Below, one piece after another: positions 51,610 through 64,000 of a stretch of DNA of 64,000 bases (position 1 is its first letter; every line of letters starts with the position of its first letter). The notes below the pieces were generated by a model. The model did not search any database, was not told the DNA's origin, and saw nothing but the letters and a program-made list of their open reading frames with translations. Location: positions 12,092,001 through 12,156,000 of the forward strand of contig CM052818.1 of NCBI GenBank assembly GCA_028534125.1, in the 5' to 3' direction. The translations under genes were made by a program, and so were the position numbers. The stretch is from Lama glama (lineage: Eukaryota).

Positions 51610-52140
51610 CTCATTTATTCATATATTTGCACTTTCAATAGATATTTATTGGAGCTTTTCATGTACTCTCTTTTAGATGCTAGAAGATAAAATAGTAGCG
51701 ACATAGACCTTGTTTTAGAAAACCAGGTGCCTTTCAGTAATGCAGACTTGAAGACCAGGGAATGACAGTAAACCCTGAGTCGAGATTTAAAGAAAGAGTA
51801 TGATTTAGCTATTTGGAACAGAAGAGGACAAACATTAAAAGCTGAGGAATGATCCCTATTTTAGAGTCGGAAAATTTTCTATTCCGACTCTATACCTGAG
51901 GCATAGAAAAATAATTTTTTCAAGATCATAAGGCTAGTAATTAGAAGAACTGAAATTCGAGTTGGCATTTTCACTCCGTAGTTCTTAAATTAGGGTAATG
52001 AAAGGGTGGCATCACACTCAGGGAGTTGTAAGTAATTATTTAAGGCTAAAGTGTGGGCTGTGGTAAGTGAAGGGGTTGAGATGGTGGTAAAAGGAGGAGT
52101 CAGGCAGAGGTCAGCTTGTAATGAATTTTGGATGCTATGC
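51610..52140 (-). mobile_element. L2 fragment with a nested MIR piece (~51850-51985)
   Basis: ttcaatagatatttattggagc and tagatgctagaagataaa (L2); ccctattttagag...ctgaggcatagaaa...caagatcataaggctagtaa (MIR). Confidence 0.5.
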
Positions 52141-55100
52141 CAATACGTCTCATTATCCATTCCTCCTAATGCTTAGAGAACCTTTTGAGTTTGTCCTCAT
52201 TTTATTGATTTGGTTTTCTCTTATGACAATCTTGGCTTTCCTGATACAATCATTAACTTTTATTCTGTTGTCACTTTTTAAAGTTATTTGTTTCTTTGCT
52301 TATTTTGTAGCCAGCCCATTCTTTTGCCCAGTTCTGCCTCACAATATCACCCTCTCATGACTCCCTGGTTCTGCTTCATAGAACTCAGCTTAGATTTTTT
52401 TTGCAACATCAAATAAATGTTTAAAAAAGTATTCTCATGTTTTGTGTAGGAAGCAATTTCAGTGATATGCTTTTATTCCAAGTTTTTTCTTATGTTTCAG
52501 TATTTTTTATACATATAAATATTTATGTATTTTAATGTAACATATATTTACATATATATTTGTTGTCTATCCTTGAACTCAGGGACATCTAGACAGGTGT
52601 GCACGCCTACACACATCAGTATCTTTAGTCCTCTTAACTGGATATTTTAGCTCTGAGAAAATTTGCACCTAGATCTGTCCATGATTTGAAAGTCAGTATT
52701 TTACAGTCTCTAAACCGGTCTGTTGTTCCAGAGCAGTTTTAATTTCAGGGCCTTTAACTATTTTGGAGGGTCAAATTAATCTCTGGTGGCCATTGGACTG
52801 CCAGAGAATTTCACACGTGTTAAAAGTGTTCAAAGGTTAAATAATTTTGGAAAATAAAATGTACTACTTCCTCCGCCTGGAAGTGCACTATGAAGCATCT
52901 GGAAAGGTTCTGGAACAAAGAAGCTTGTTAATCTCTCTTCTTAAAATCAGACTTTGCTAAACTTACTTTCAAGGAATATGTTATTTTTATATGTCTATTC
53001 ACACTCTTTGGGCACTACTTTGGTAAATGCTATGGGATGAATAAAGTCTACTTCCGTAGACTTTGTTGGCTCCCCAGCATTCATCTGTCTCTATACGTAT
53101 TTATAGTGCTTTTTCTCAGGTAAGTATATCCAGATTTTACATATCAGTGCCCCACCTCCCGTCACTCCTTATCATATTGTACATATTTTATTTTTTTACT
53201 AAGATATAATATACATAGATTAAAATTCACCCTTTAAAAAAAAAGGTATGGTTCTTTATTTGGCAAATGCATATAGTAATGTAACTACCACTACAATAAA
53301 AATGTAGAAATACAGCGAATATTAAAAAACTCAAGTGCCTAAATGAATGTGTAAACAGAGGCACTGGTGAAGGGGAGGGTTACTGGTGAAATTTGTCGAA
53401 CTCAGAAGGTTTGCCTCTTACAGTTGAAGAATGTTCACCAGTTTACTGGTAAATACAGGCTCTGTGTCTTTATGTTAGAATCTGAGAATAGGAGGTAAAG
53501 TCTTTTTTCAGGTAATCTATGCTATGCTGTTTCAGGAAGTGGATTTTGGGATAGCCAAGCATGTATTTTTCTTTCCATCCATCCCTACAGACAGAAAAGT
53601 TCATAAAATTCCTCTTTCCAACTCTTCCCTCTTCATACACTTAGCATATGGTTTGTGTTCTCCACTTCTCTTTTGTTTACTCTGGTGTGCGTGTATCTAT
53701 TACAATGAGGAAAAAATGCGAGGAAGATATTAGATACTGTGAGTTTCTCCCATGCTAACAGCAATCAAAGTATTTTATAAATAACAAAGTGTTATTGAAA
53801 TGTAAGATATTCTCCATACATTTCTTATTTTCACAATAGTGCTTAGTAAAATACAGATAAGATTTTATACTTAATGAGTGTTTTTTCTTTGACTGACTGA
53901 GTGGTTGATGTGTGAGCTATTGTGCAACACTAGTCAGTGATATATGATATATTGGAGTGAAGTTTACTTTAATATTAGACTTAGAGATGTCTTCTGATGG
54001 AAGATTTTGATGATGAGTATAAAGAGTTGCTGTGCCATTTTGAAAGGTAAATCTTAACGCTCTTCTGCCTGTGCTCTAGTCCTATCACCTGGCACATATT
54101 TACCCTGTATAATTCTCTCTTTTCAGCTCAGTATGAGATACTCATCTTTAGTACAAGATAGGTCATGTTTATCTGTTGCACTGTCTATGGTCCAGTGATC
54201 TCTTTTGTAGTCTAAGGGGAACTGTGTGAAAACTGAACTGTGTCAAGGAGTCTAAGAGTGTTAAAGTTCACCAAGAAATCAAGATGAGGCTTTGCAGAAA
54301 CAAGAGGGAGTTAAAATTAGTATGAATTGATTTCCTACCCCCTTTTCAGAAATTGTTCTCACATGTTGAGAGCCCCTTGGCCATTTATGTTATGCTCTGT
54401 GTTGTGACTGTGACATGACTATGCTAGAGGATGGCCAAGGTCAACAATGTGACCTATTTTTATTTTTTCTTAATAGGAAAAAGTTGCCATTCTTTTCCCA
54501 CACTGGCAGAGTCTTTCTGTGTGTGTGGCTTTGCAGACTCCTTTTTGTGAACATTTCACATCTTTTCCTTTGATTAAGCTTGTTAGATTTCAGACCTCCT
54601 TGAACTTTAAACTTCTCATTTCCAGCTTTTCCAGTTAGATGTTCTAAATCCAGTGATCTATTATACAGTATTATTAACTTACCTATCCTTTGGCAGCTCT
54701 ATAAATTATTTCAGAAGTATAACATTTTTCTTAAAACAAACAGGAGATAAACATTGTTTTAAACTGCTTTCTATTTAAAATTGGATAATTTTATTTACAA
54801 ATCTGAACTCTCTGAAAGAAATAAGAATGCATTCATTATGTGGATACTTCATACATCTCAACTTTCAGGTTTTCTTGAGCTCTGAGGCTGGGTTATAAAG
54901 CCATCTTAGCTGTTTATTGATTAAACCAGTGACCCTATTGGTTAACTCATGAATCTACCTGAGTGGGTTACTAATATATTACAGATAATATAACATTCAC
55001 TATGTAAACAACAATAAAACTTTTACTAAAACATGAAGTATTTAGTAGAAAATTCAGGTCATGTAACAGGTAATTAAAATATAAAATATCTAAAATCAAG

Positions 55101-55884
55101 GTGAATATTTCTTTTTCAAAATGTACAACTAACTCAGTGTTCCAACTCATTTTTTTTGTGTATGAAAAAGAAAAAAAAAGGTGATGCTAGGATTGTATGT
55201 TAGGAAATATTCCTGTAAGACTTTCAGTCAAGATGGCAGCCGTAAGTGATGTGACATACCACCCAATCACTTTCTATTCCAAGCACAGACAATGTTAGGA
55301 AAAAAATAAAATAATTTAAAAGCATATTTCAATGTGAATCCAAGAAATGGAAAACTTAGCTGTCAGAAACAAAGACTGAAATCAGGTAGAATAGTAAGTG
55401 GTTACTGAAACTGAATATCTCACGGGAGGTCTCAGGACCTGGGTTTTAATATCTGTAGGGAAAGGTGATGAGAAATTGAATCTGTGCAAATTGGGATACT
55501 GAAACTGAGCTACAAAGGGTTGCTGTGTTCAGGAAGTTGAACACAGGAAAAATCTGCTAGCTGAGAAGCAATGATAAACCAGCATTTTCTAGTGCCTTTG
55601 GTGGGAAAAGTCAAGAGCTAGAAAATACAACCCCTGTCTGTGTTTTGAATAATTATGGGGTCCAAATTCACACTGACTACATTACATTACATTAGGTGGT
55701 AGAACCATAGGTAAAGTCATTAAGAAAAATTGAACCACTGCTGAAGATAAAATATCTCAAGAAGTAGAAATCATAACATAAAGAGATTTTAATATAAGTA
55801 TGTCAAAAATGTAAAGGACATAACAGAAAGAAGAGAAAACATAAAGTTTAAGTAAGACAGTATGACAAGAGAGTGGGAATTCTA

Positions 55885-57372
55885 AAAAGTAAATTATAGT
55901 TGTCAGGCAGTAAAATTCACTCTTTTTGGCATACAGTTCTACAAGTTTTGGCAAATATGTACAGCTGTGTAGCCACCACTAACATAAGCAAGATATAAAA
56001 TAGTTCCTTTGCCTCCAAATATTTTCCAGATCCTCCTTTGTAGTTAGCCCCTCATTTCAACCCCAGGCCCTGATAACAACTGATCTGTTTTTTGACCCAG
56101 CAGTTTTGGTTTTTCCAGACTGTCATGTAAATGAAGTTATATGATGTGTATAGCCTTTGAGTGTAGTTTCTTTTGCTCAGCCTGATGCATCTGAGATTCA
56201 TTCATGTTGTTGCATATGTCAGGAGTTCGTTTTTATTACTAAATATTTTTCCATTTTATGGAGATGCCACATTATTTTTGTCCATTCCCCGGCTGAAGGA
56301 CAGATGAATTTCTTCCAGGTTTTGCAATTATGAATATAGATGTTTTAAGTATTTACATATAGGCTTTGGTGTGAACATAAATTGCCATTTCACTTGGATA
56401 GATACCTAGAGGTTGGGCTGTTGGGTCATCTAAAAGAGCTGGGACATATGATAAGTGCATGTTTAACTTTGTAAGAAACTTCCAAACATCTTCCAAAGAG
56501 GCTGTGATAATTTGCATTCCTACCAATAACAAATAAGGGATTCCCATACCTTCAGTATGACTTTGAATAGGGGGGATGAAGTAGAACATCCTCACTTTAT
56601 TTCTGATCTTAGGGGGAAATCATTCATTGTTTCACTAGTACATGTGATGTTAGGTGTAGATTTTTTTTGTAGGTGTCCATTATCTGATTAAGGAAATAAG
56701 GAAATTCCCTTCAGTTACGAATTTGGAGAGAGTTTGTTGTTTTTGTTGTTATTGTTATTTAATCACTTTGAATGTTGAATTTCAGTGATTTCTTTTTCTG
56801 CAGCTACTGAGATGTTAGTATCTTTTTTTTTTCATTTTTACTCTATTGATATGGTGAATTACAATGATTGATTTATAATATTCAGCCAGACTTGCACTCC
56901 TGGGATAAGTCTCATTTGATTGTGATGTTTGGTCTTTTCTCTACATTGCTAGATTTAATTCACTAGTATTTTGTTGAGGATATTTGTACGTATGTTCATG
57001 GGGAACACTGGTTTGTAATTTTCTCGTAATCTATTTGTATGACTTGGCTGGCCTCATAAAATAAGTGAGTAAATGTTCTCTTCTGTATCATGGAAGAGTT
57101 TGTGAAGAGTTGATATTATTTATTTCTTAATTGTTTGGTAGAATTTGTCAGTGGAGCCATCTGAGTCTGCAATTTTCTTAGAAGATTTGTAGCTACAAAT
57201 TAATATCTTTAATACATATACCAGCTTGTAGCTTTTCCATTTCTTCTTGAGTGAGCTTTGGCAATGTGTATGTTTAAAATTATTTGTCCATTTGATCTAG
57301 GTTGCCAAATTTATCGGCAGAGTTGTTCATAGTATCTCCTTACTCTATGTTTAATGTTTGTAGTGGTATCCC
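55885..57372 (-). mobile_element. L1MB/MC-like antisense insertion
   Basis: aaattcactctttttggcatacagttctac, gagattcattcatgttgttgcat, gtttaactttgtaagaaact, ctgatcttagggggaaa, cttgcactcctgggataa, ggtagaatttgtcagtggagccatctg. Confidence 0.85.
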
Positions 57373-58177
57373 TTTATTTAAAGTGGGTAGTCTTAACAAT
57401 CTGCCAAATAGAAATTCTAGAAAGTAAAAATATGATAGTTGAAATTAAAAGGTTAAACAAATTAAATACAGATGAAAAGAAACTTAGTGAATTAGAAGAT
57501 ATGAGATATGAGGAAAAATCACTGAGAAGATAACAAATAAAAATCAAAGAAAGAACAATTACAAGGCGGAAATTGAATCCAGAACAGAAACATGTCATGG
57601 GGACATGAGGAAATAAGAAGCAGAGAAACTGATAACTGTATTACTTTGTAAAAATGAAAGACTCATTTGAGGAAAGAATTTCTGAAAAAAGGAGAAAATA
57701 GTGATCATATGGACTATTGGAAAAAGTGTACGGAGCTAGAATACTCTAAATTTCTTCTGTGATTTAAGAGGATAGAACTATAGACAGGTAGAGTAGGCTT
57801 AGAATAAGTATGCATTTTAGAAGTGGAGAAGGTGACTAACAGAAACAAAAGGTAAACTTTCCAGACCCCTGGAGCAATATTGAGGGCATAAATAAAATCT
57901 GATAAATCTAACAGAAGGTGAGAAGAAAAAGTTAGCTATAGTAAAAGATATGGTAAATAAAAAGATGAAAAGTAAAATTTTAAAAAGATTGGACACATAT
58001 CAGAAATAACATTAAATGTTTATAAAATAAACTTTCCTTCTAAAAGAGAAATGTATTCAGATGGTAGAAAATGAAAAAAAAATATTACAGATAAAGGTAT
58101 ATCTGGCAAGTATTAAAAGAAAGCTGGTGTTGTAAGTTTAACTGGTAAATCTAGATTTGAAGGAAAGCGTTAGTGGG

Positions 58178-58648
58178 TGTATCAAGTATTTGTCTATCAT
58201 CTCTGAACTCCAAACCTGTTCTTGCATACTTTGCTCTGTGATGCTGGGACCCGGATTCTACAAGCTAAATTTCCCAGTTGTTTTTACAGCTGATTGTCAT
58301 TAAGTTGTGCCAACAAATGGCACTAGAGCGTGAAAAGGATAAGGGACTTTCTATTCTTTTTTCTGTCCTTGCTCCATCATCAGCTTCAGCTTTCAGCTCC
58401 TTTCAGTGCCCCCAGAACCAGTCTTGTTAGTGGTCAGAGCATCATCTGCATGCAGTAGCTTCTCTGAGCTTATAGGTCCTAGGAAGCCCATCACCCCCCC
58501 CCCTTTTGCACCCTCGTTCTAAAGATAGTACTTGCTTCTCACAATTATTATCTCTGGGCTACCTCAAACTCTTTCAACCCTCCAACATTTGTGCAACATA
58601 GTCTCTATATAGTGTGGTTTTTCCTTCCTGATTAAATCCTGACTAGAC
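58178..58648 (+). mobile_element. LTR33-like (ERVL) LTR
   Basis: actttgctctgtgatgctgggac, tgccaacaaatggcactagag, agatagtacttgcttctcacaattattatctctggg, gtggttttccttcctga...cctgactagaca. Confidence 0.7.
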
Positions 58649-58824
58649 AGATGAGGACAGAATAAAAATAAAGAGACTATGCAGTGATTATCCACCTGAA
58701 AGATACAGGTCAATATCCTATATTTAGTTAACCATTATATCTGAAGATACATAAAGCAAAGGCCTATATAATTATGAGGTACAATGCAAAAGTCCATAAT
58801 TGTAGTGAAAAGATTGCTAACCTT

Positions 58825-59340
58825 TTTTGTTGGAGTAATTTTTGATTAACAAAAATATTTCAGATTTCCTATATAATCTTTATTCATCTTCCTCAAATGT
58901 TAACACCTTATTTAACCATAGTACAATGATCAAACTGGTAATTAGCAGTGATAAATACTACTACCTAATATATTAGGTAAAATTTTTCAGTTATTCCACT
59001 ATTGTCCATTTCTGGTCCAGGATCCAATCAAAGATCCCATGTCTTGGTCTCCTCCAATTTGAGATAATTCTTCAGTCTTTCTTTGTCTTTTATGACTTTG
59101 ACACTTTCAAAGAATACTGTTCAATTACATGTAGAATACCTCTCAATTTAGATTTGTCTGATGTTTTCTCATGATTAGATTGAGCTTTTACAACATATTT
59201 CAGCAAGAATATCACAGAAGTGATCTTGTGTTCTTCTCAGTGCTTCATTTCAGCAGACATATGATGTGGTATGTTTCATCACAAATGATGTTAACTTTGA
59301 TAAGTTGGTTAAGATAGTGTCTGCCCAGTTTCTCCACTGT
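58825..59340 (-). mobile_element. L1MC4/5-like 3' fragment
   Basis: taaccatagtacaatgatcaa, ctggtccaggatccaatcaagatcccat, tatgactttgacactttcaaagaatact, gatttgtctgatgttttctcatgattagatt. Confidence 0.75.
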
Positions 59341-60599
59341 TACAGAGGATATTTCTGCCAGTTCGATCTAAAAAATTGTTAGATACCAAAAATCTACAAT
59401 AATTTTTGTATAGAAGATTTTAAATATTATTAAAAGTTCAATCTTGTCGACATCTACAGATACTACCCCCTCAAAGAATGTACATTCTATTCAAATGTAC
59501 GTTAAAAAGTATAAATATTGGCAATATATTAAGCTACTGAAAAGTCTCAATAACTTTCAAAGACATGATACCATATGAATCACATGGCCTAATCTTAATG
59601 CAATATAATTAGAAATCAAATATAAAGAGATATCCAAAAGCAAACCAAAAAAAAAAAAACCAAAAAAAAACCTCTAAATAATTCAAAGGTTAAACATAGC
59701 TTTATAATTTACCTTATAAAATATTTAGAAGCAAACAACAATGAAAGCACCCCATGTTAAAATTTGTGTGAGATACCCGGAGGGTAATTTATTATGTTAA
59801 ATAGATTATTTTAGAAAATAATTCAAAACTACTGACAAAACTGATGAAGGAAAAAAAGAGAGAGAGAAGGTACAAATGGATTATATAGAATGAAAGAGCA
59901 GCATAAACACAGTTTCCGCAGAATTGGAAAAAAAGCATATGAAAATACTAGAACAACTTAACAGCCAATGCATTTTAAAACCTAAAATAAATGGAGACTA
60001 CTTTAGAAAAAAATATAAATTCCAACGTTTCTTAAGGCACAACAGAAAACAAGAAACTGAACTGGTAAAATGTCCTCCCCTCCTACCTCCTAGTGCCGCA
60101 GGAAACAAGTTGAAATTTTTCTGTAAATTTTACTAAATTTTCAAGTAATCGGTAATGCATAACTCACAGAATTTCAGAAAACAAATTAAGAGACATAGGC
60201 TACTTAACCTAAGTTTTGATATTAGCATAAGTTCGACACTAAAACCAGATAAAGGGAACACACAGAAATAAAACTAACGATTCATTACACTTAAAACAGA
60301 AGCTAAATCATAAACAAAATGCTTGCAAGTCAAATTCAGGAATTTTTAAAATAATTTACTTTTGCTAAGTATGGCTTATTATAGGAATGCAAGAAATATG
60401 TAACATTATATTTATCAATGAAATCTCCCACATTAGCAAATTATAAAAATGTGATCATCTCAATAGGTACATCAGAAGCACTTAGCAACAGGTAAAATAA
60501 CTAGTTGTAGTACGTAACTTCTTTAAATATAATTAAGAGGGTAAAATGTTAGAAGCAGTTTCTTTGAAGCCCACAAGACTAGGATGCCTCTGGTATCTG

Positions 60600-60997
60600 T
60601 TCTCATGCAAACCACTCATTTCTGAAGTGGGCTTATGACTGCCTATATGGCCCAATCTTGCTGGTAAATGATATAAGTATGTCCATGTCGGAAGCGTTTG
60701 GGAAGTAATGTGTATAACTTTTAGGATGTGTCTTTAAAGGAAGTGAGCACATCTCTTTTTTGACTCAAGCTTTCCTGCCTACTGAGCTGGACACGTAGCT
60801 GTGAAGCATCCCAGAACATCTGGATGAGAAAAACATCCTAAAAATGGCAGAGCAACTAGACACAATCACGTTGGTCTCTGACTCCACAGTGTCTATACCA
60901 GTTCCTGCAGGTATTCTATTTTATTTACATTTCAAATTTTGTTCTAATTTTAAAAACAATCTCTGCTATATTTGTTGAACTTAAATTCTCACTAATG
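60600..60997 (+). mobile_element. MLT1J-like MaLR LTR
   Basis: ggaagtaatgtgtataactt...tctttaaaggaag, aaaatggcagagcaactaga, gttggtctctgac. Confidence 0.55.
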
Positions 60998-62129
60998 TGC
61001 CTATGTTTACAATCTCTGTTCACTGGTTTACTGAAGGTTTTAAACAATGAAATAGAAGAAAAAGAAGTAACTGGTATAATTTCTAGAAAGATATAAAATC
61101 TAAGAGAATCTAGACAAATCAGTTAAACTAGTAAGAAAGATCAGCAGGGTAATTGTTTATGAGACCAATTACAAAAACATTAAAATTATTCTATGAACTA
61201 GTAATAGGCCCACAGGAAAATATTAAGAAAAAGCAGTTCCATAACAAGAAGAAAGCCTAAAAGTAATCTAACATCAAATGTAATAAAAATATCTATGATT
61301 ATAACGGTAAAAATTATAAAAGAATACCAGATTATTTTAAAGTACACAAAAGGAGACAAATAAATGATGAAATCAGCTGTATTCATGAATGAAAAGATGT
61401 GAAAAATAGTTAATTCTTCTCCAATTAAGCAATAAATTGAACATAATTTAAATAAAACCTCTGAAGCCCTATTTTGTGGATCTTAATTAGTCAAATCTAA
61501 AAATCTCTTGGAAGTTCATGGTTATTTGATATACTAGATCTGCAGGAAAATATCACAACAAATTTGGAAAGAAAACCCAACATCAGGATAGTCATTGACT
61601 CTGGGGAGGGAGAACAGAATTGAAGAATAGTGTGAAATTCCAGCTGTGTCTGTCATATTTTCTTTTAAAAATATCTATAGACAATGTGTCAAAATACGTT
61701 TATTCATTTCAAGTGCTGAGTTTACACATGTTTGTAATAGTACTCATTCTCCTTTTCTGGATATTTGAAATATGTCATAAAAAAAGGAATCCTGGCTGCT
61801 ATGTATAGATATCAATAAAAATTCTATTAACCTTGAAACTTCTGGGTTACATAACTGAATTGCAGAAATCCATCTTTTAATACAAATCAAAATTTAACTC
61901 TTAAATGTGACCATTTGGGGGTCTGTTATGCATCAATGAAATTTCTCTTTCCACCGATTCTTCCAGGATTAAATGAGAGATCCAAGAGTAATTAAGTTTC
62001 CTTTCCTTATTTGCTACATCTATTTGCTATCACTGCAGCACAAATCATTGTTAATATATGCTTCTTTACTAAGTTGGAATTTAGATAAGAAGCAGTGTTA
62101 TGTTGACCGTGTTTTGATATATATTTTCA

Positions 62130-64000
62130 ACTGGTTTTTTTTTCCTTTAAAAATTGGGCCTACATTTCCAGTTCTGCCAATTTGTCCGGTATTGTGATTT
62201 TAGTTGACCTTTGGGTTGCTTCTAGTGTTTTGTGAATAACTCTGAAATAAACATATTTTTTAATATGTTTTCTGCATTTAGGAGTACTGCCTTAGATACT
62301 TCTCAAAAGTGGATTTTTTGACTCTAAGTGTTGAATATTCTTGAAACTCTTTATTTGCACACTCAAATAGCTTTCTAACTGAAAAATTCTAATTTATATA
62401 TCTATCTCAAATGATGGATGCTATTAATATCATTATACAATTGCCTGACAGAATATTCATATTTGAAAACTACCTGATAATTTAATAAACTATATTTTTA
62501 CTATTTAAATTTTCATTTGCTTAATTGATAGCAAGTTGATCATTTCCATGTATTTATTAAATAGTTCACTCAATTTTGTGAATTTGTTACTTACTGTGTT
62601 ACCTACTTGCTTTGCCTGAAGGATTAAGCAGGTCTTAGTGTTTAACTAACAACTGTATGATTTTTCTTTTCTGTTACAAAGTTATTAACCCTTGTTATGT
62701 TCACTGCATGGTTTTTCCAGTTTTTATTTTGGTTAAATCATGTGATACTTAAAATATTTTACATAGTCAATTTGTTCACTTTTCTGTGATTATTTTCCCT
62801 CACCTTTAAGCTTATATAATCCTTTCCTTTCTGATAATTTTACATGTTTTCAAAACTTTTATGATAGTTTCACCTCCCAGATTTTATAATTTGCTGAATA
62901 TACAATTTATCTTAAAGTGAGGTATAAAGTGAAATTTGAAATTGACTTTTTGAAAACAGGCAATTGCTCCAATCCCACTGGCTGACTAAATCATCTTTTT
63001 TTCCATTGATATATTTCCTAATGAAAATGTATTGTCTTTTTCCCTGATTATGTAAGTAAGAAGAAGATATTACTTTAATTTTCCATATTATTTCTATGTT
63101 ATTAAATGTTATTTGATAATGTGAATTTGATTTTCTGTATAATATTTTATTGGATAGATGTAAAATCATTTTTAAGTGATTTCCTCTATCAGAGATAGAG
63201 TTTTGCTCAGTCTTTGCCTAGCTAGCTCGCTATCCACAGAGATTTCTTATTTTATATGCTTCAAATATACAGAAAGTAAGAACATAAAATAACACACATG
63301 TGACTTAATGTGACATTTTAATGACTTAAAATGACTTCTTGATTAACTTTGAGAAAATGTAATAAAATGTTTTAGTTTTCTTTATATATGTCCCATGTAT
63401 TTTTATCTTTTAAAAGTGTTCCTAAATGTTATGCCTTTTTTCTGACTTTAAATTGTATCTTCCAGCTTACTTTTGTTGACAGGCAGGAAAGCTATTAAAT
63501 TTTAGATGTTTATTTTATAATGATTTCTTTTAATAATATGAATGGCTTTTAGTTGTTTTCCTTGGAGTTTTTATGATAAATAATACTGTTAACTAAAAAC
63601 GAAAAGATCTCTTTTTTAAAATGTATGTGTCATTATCGTCCTCATCCAGTCGGACTGACTGACTTTAAGGACAATGTTAAATATTGTCCGGAGCCATCTG
63701 TATCCTTCCCTGACATTAAAGAGATTTAATTCAGTGTGTCACTCCTGAGGTATACTGGGTTTAAATAGAATTTATTATGTTAAACAAGGATCCTTCCTTT
63801 TCTAGTTTAGTAAGAAAGTTTAATCAAACTTTAAAAAAATGCTTGGCGTGGTTGACTATTAATATAATGCCTTTTAGCACTTAACGCAATTATGTGATTT
63901 TTATTATTTTACCAGAGATAAATTATATTGTCATATTTCTCACTGCTATATTCTAGAAATGATATACTTGGTCACTGAGTAATTTTCTCCTAATACACTT
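62130..64000 (-). mobile_element. Ancient L1ME-like antisense remnants
   Basis: T-rich strand with tttgggttgcttctag, aaagtggattt, gatcatttccatgtatttatt, caattgctccaatccc, ggaaagctattaaattttag, aggacaatgttaaata. Confidence 0.6.

Larger units (their letters stand above)
55220..61560 (+). mobile_element. Long, ancient, fragmented L1M (5' region to ORF2 remnants) hosting nested insertions
   Basis: A-rich sense strand beginning gactttcagtcaagatggc; ORF1-like acagatgaaaagaaacttagtgaattagaagat; ORF2-like aaagctggtg, aaatatttagaa, aaaaccagataaaggg, ggaatgcaag, gatcatctcaatagg. Confidence 0.6.

Overview
Mammalian genomic DNA, most likely camelid (three tRNA-Ala-derived vic-1-type SINEs plus cetartiodactyl-type L1). 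It holds the 5' end of VRK2 on the minus strand: the first coding exon (CDS 3692->3557, [18 protein letters not shown]...[11 protein letters not shown]) and its CpG-island promoter (~4840-5900). The remaining ~58 kb is AT-rich upstream DNA dominated by decayed transposable elements (L1, L2, MIR, MaLR/ERV LTRs, hAT/Tigger DNA elements), with a 500-N gap flanked by a 192-bp duplicated overlap. I see no convincing new biological system. The best leads are a well-bounded 127-nt upstream candidate exon open in frame with VRK2, a sense-oriented solo LTR followed by a consensus splice donor next to the promoter, a MER53 hairpin carrying a miR-1302-like sequence, a twin-primed L1 and small fold-back palindromes. 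Repeat family names come from remembered consensus sequences and their boundaries are approximate.
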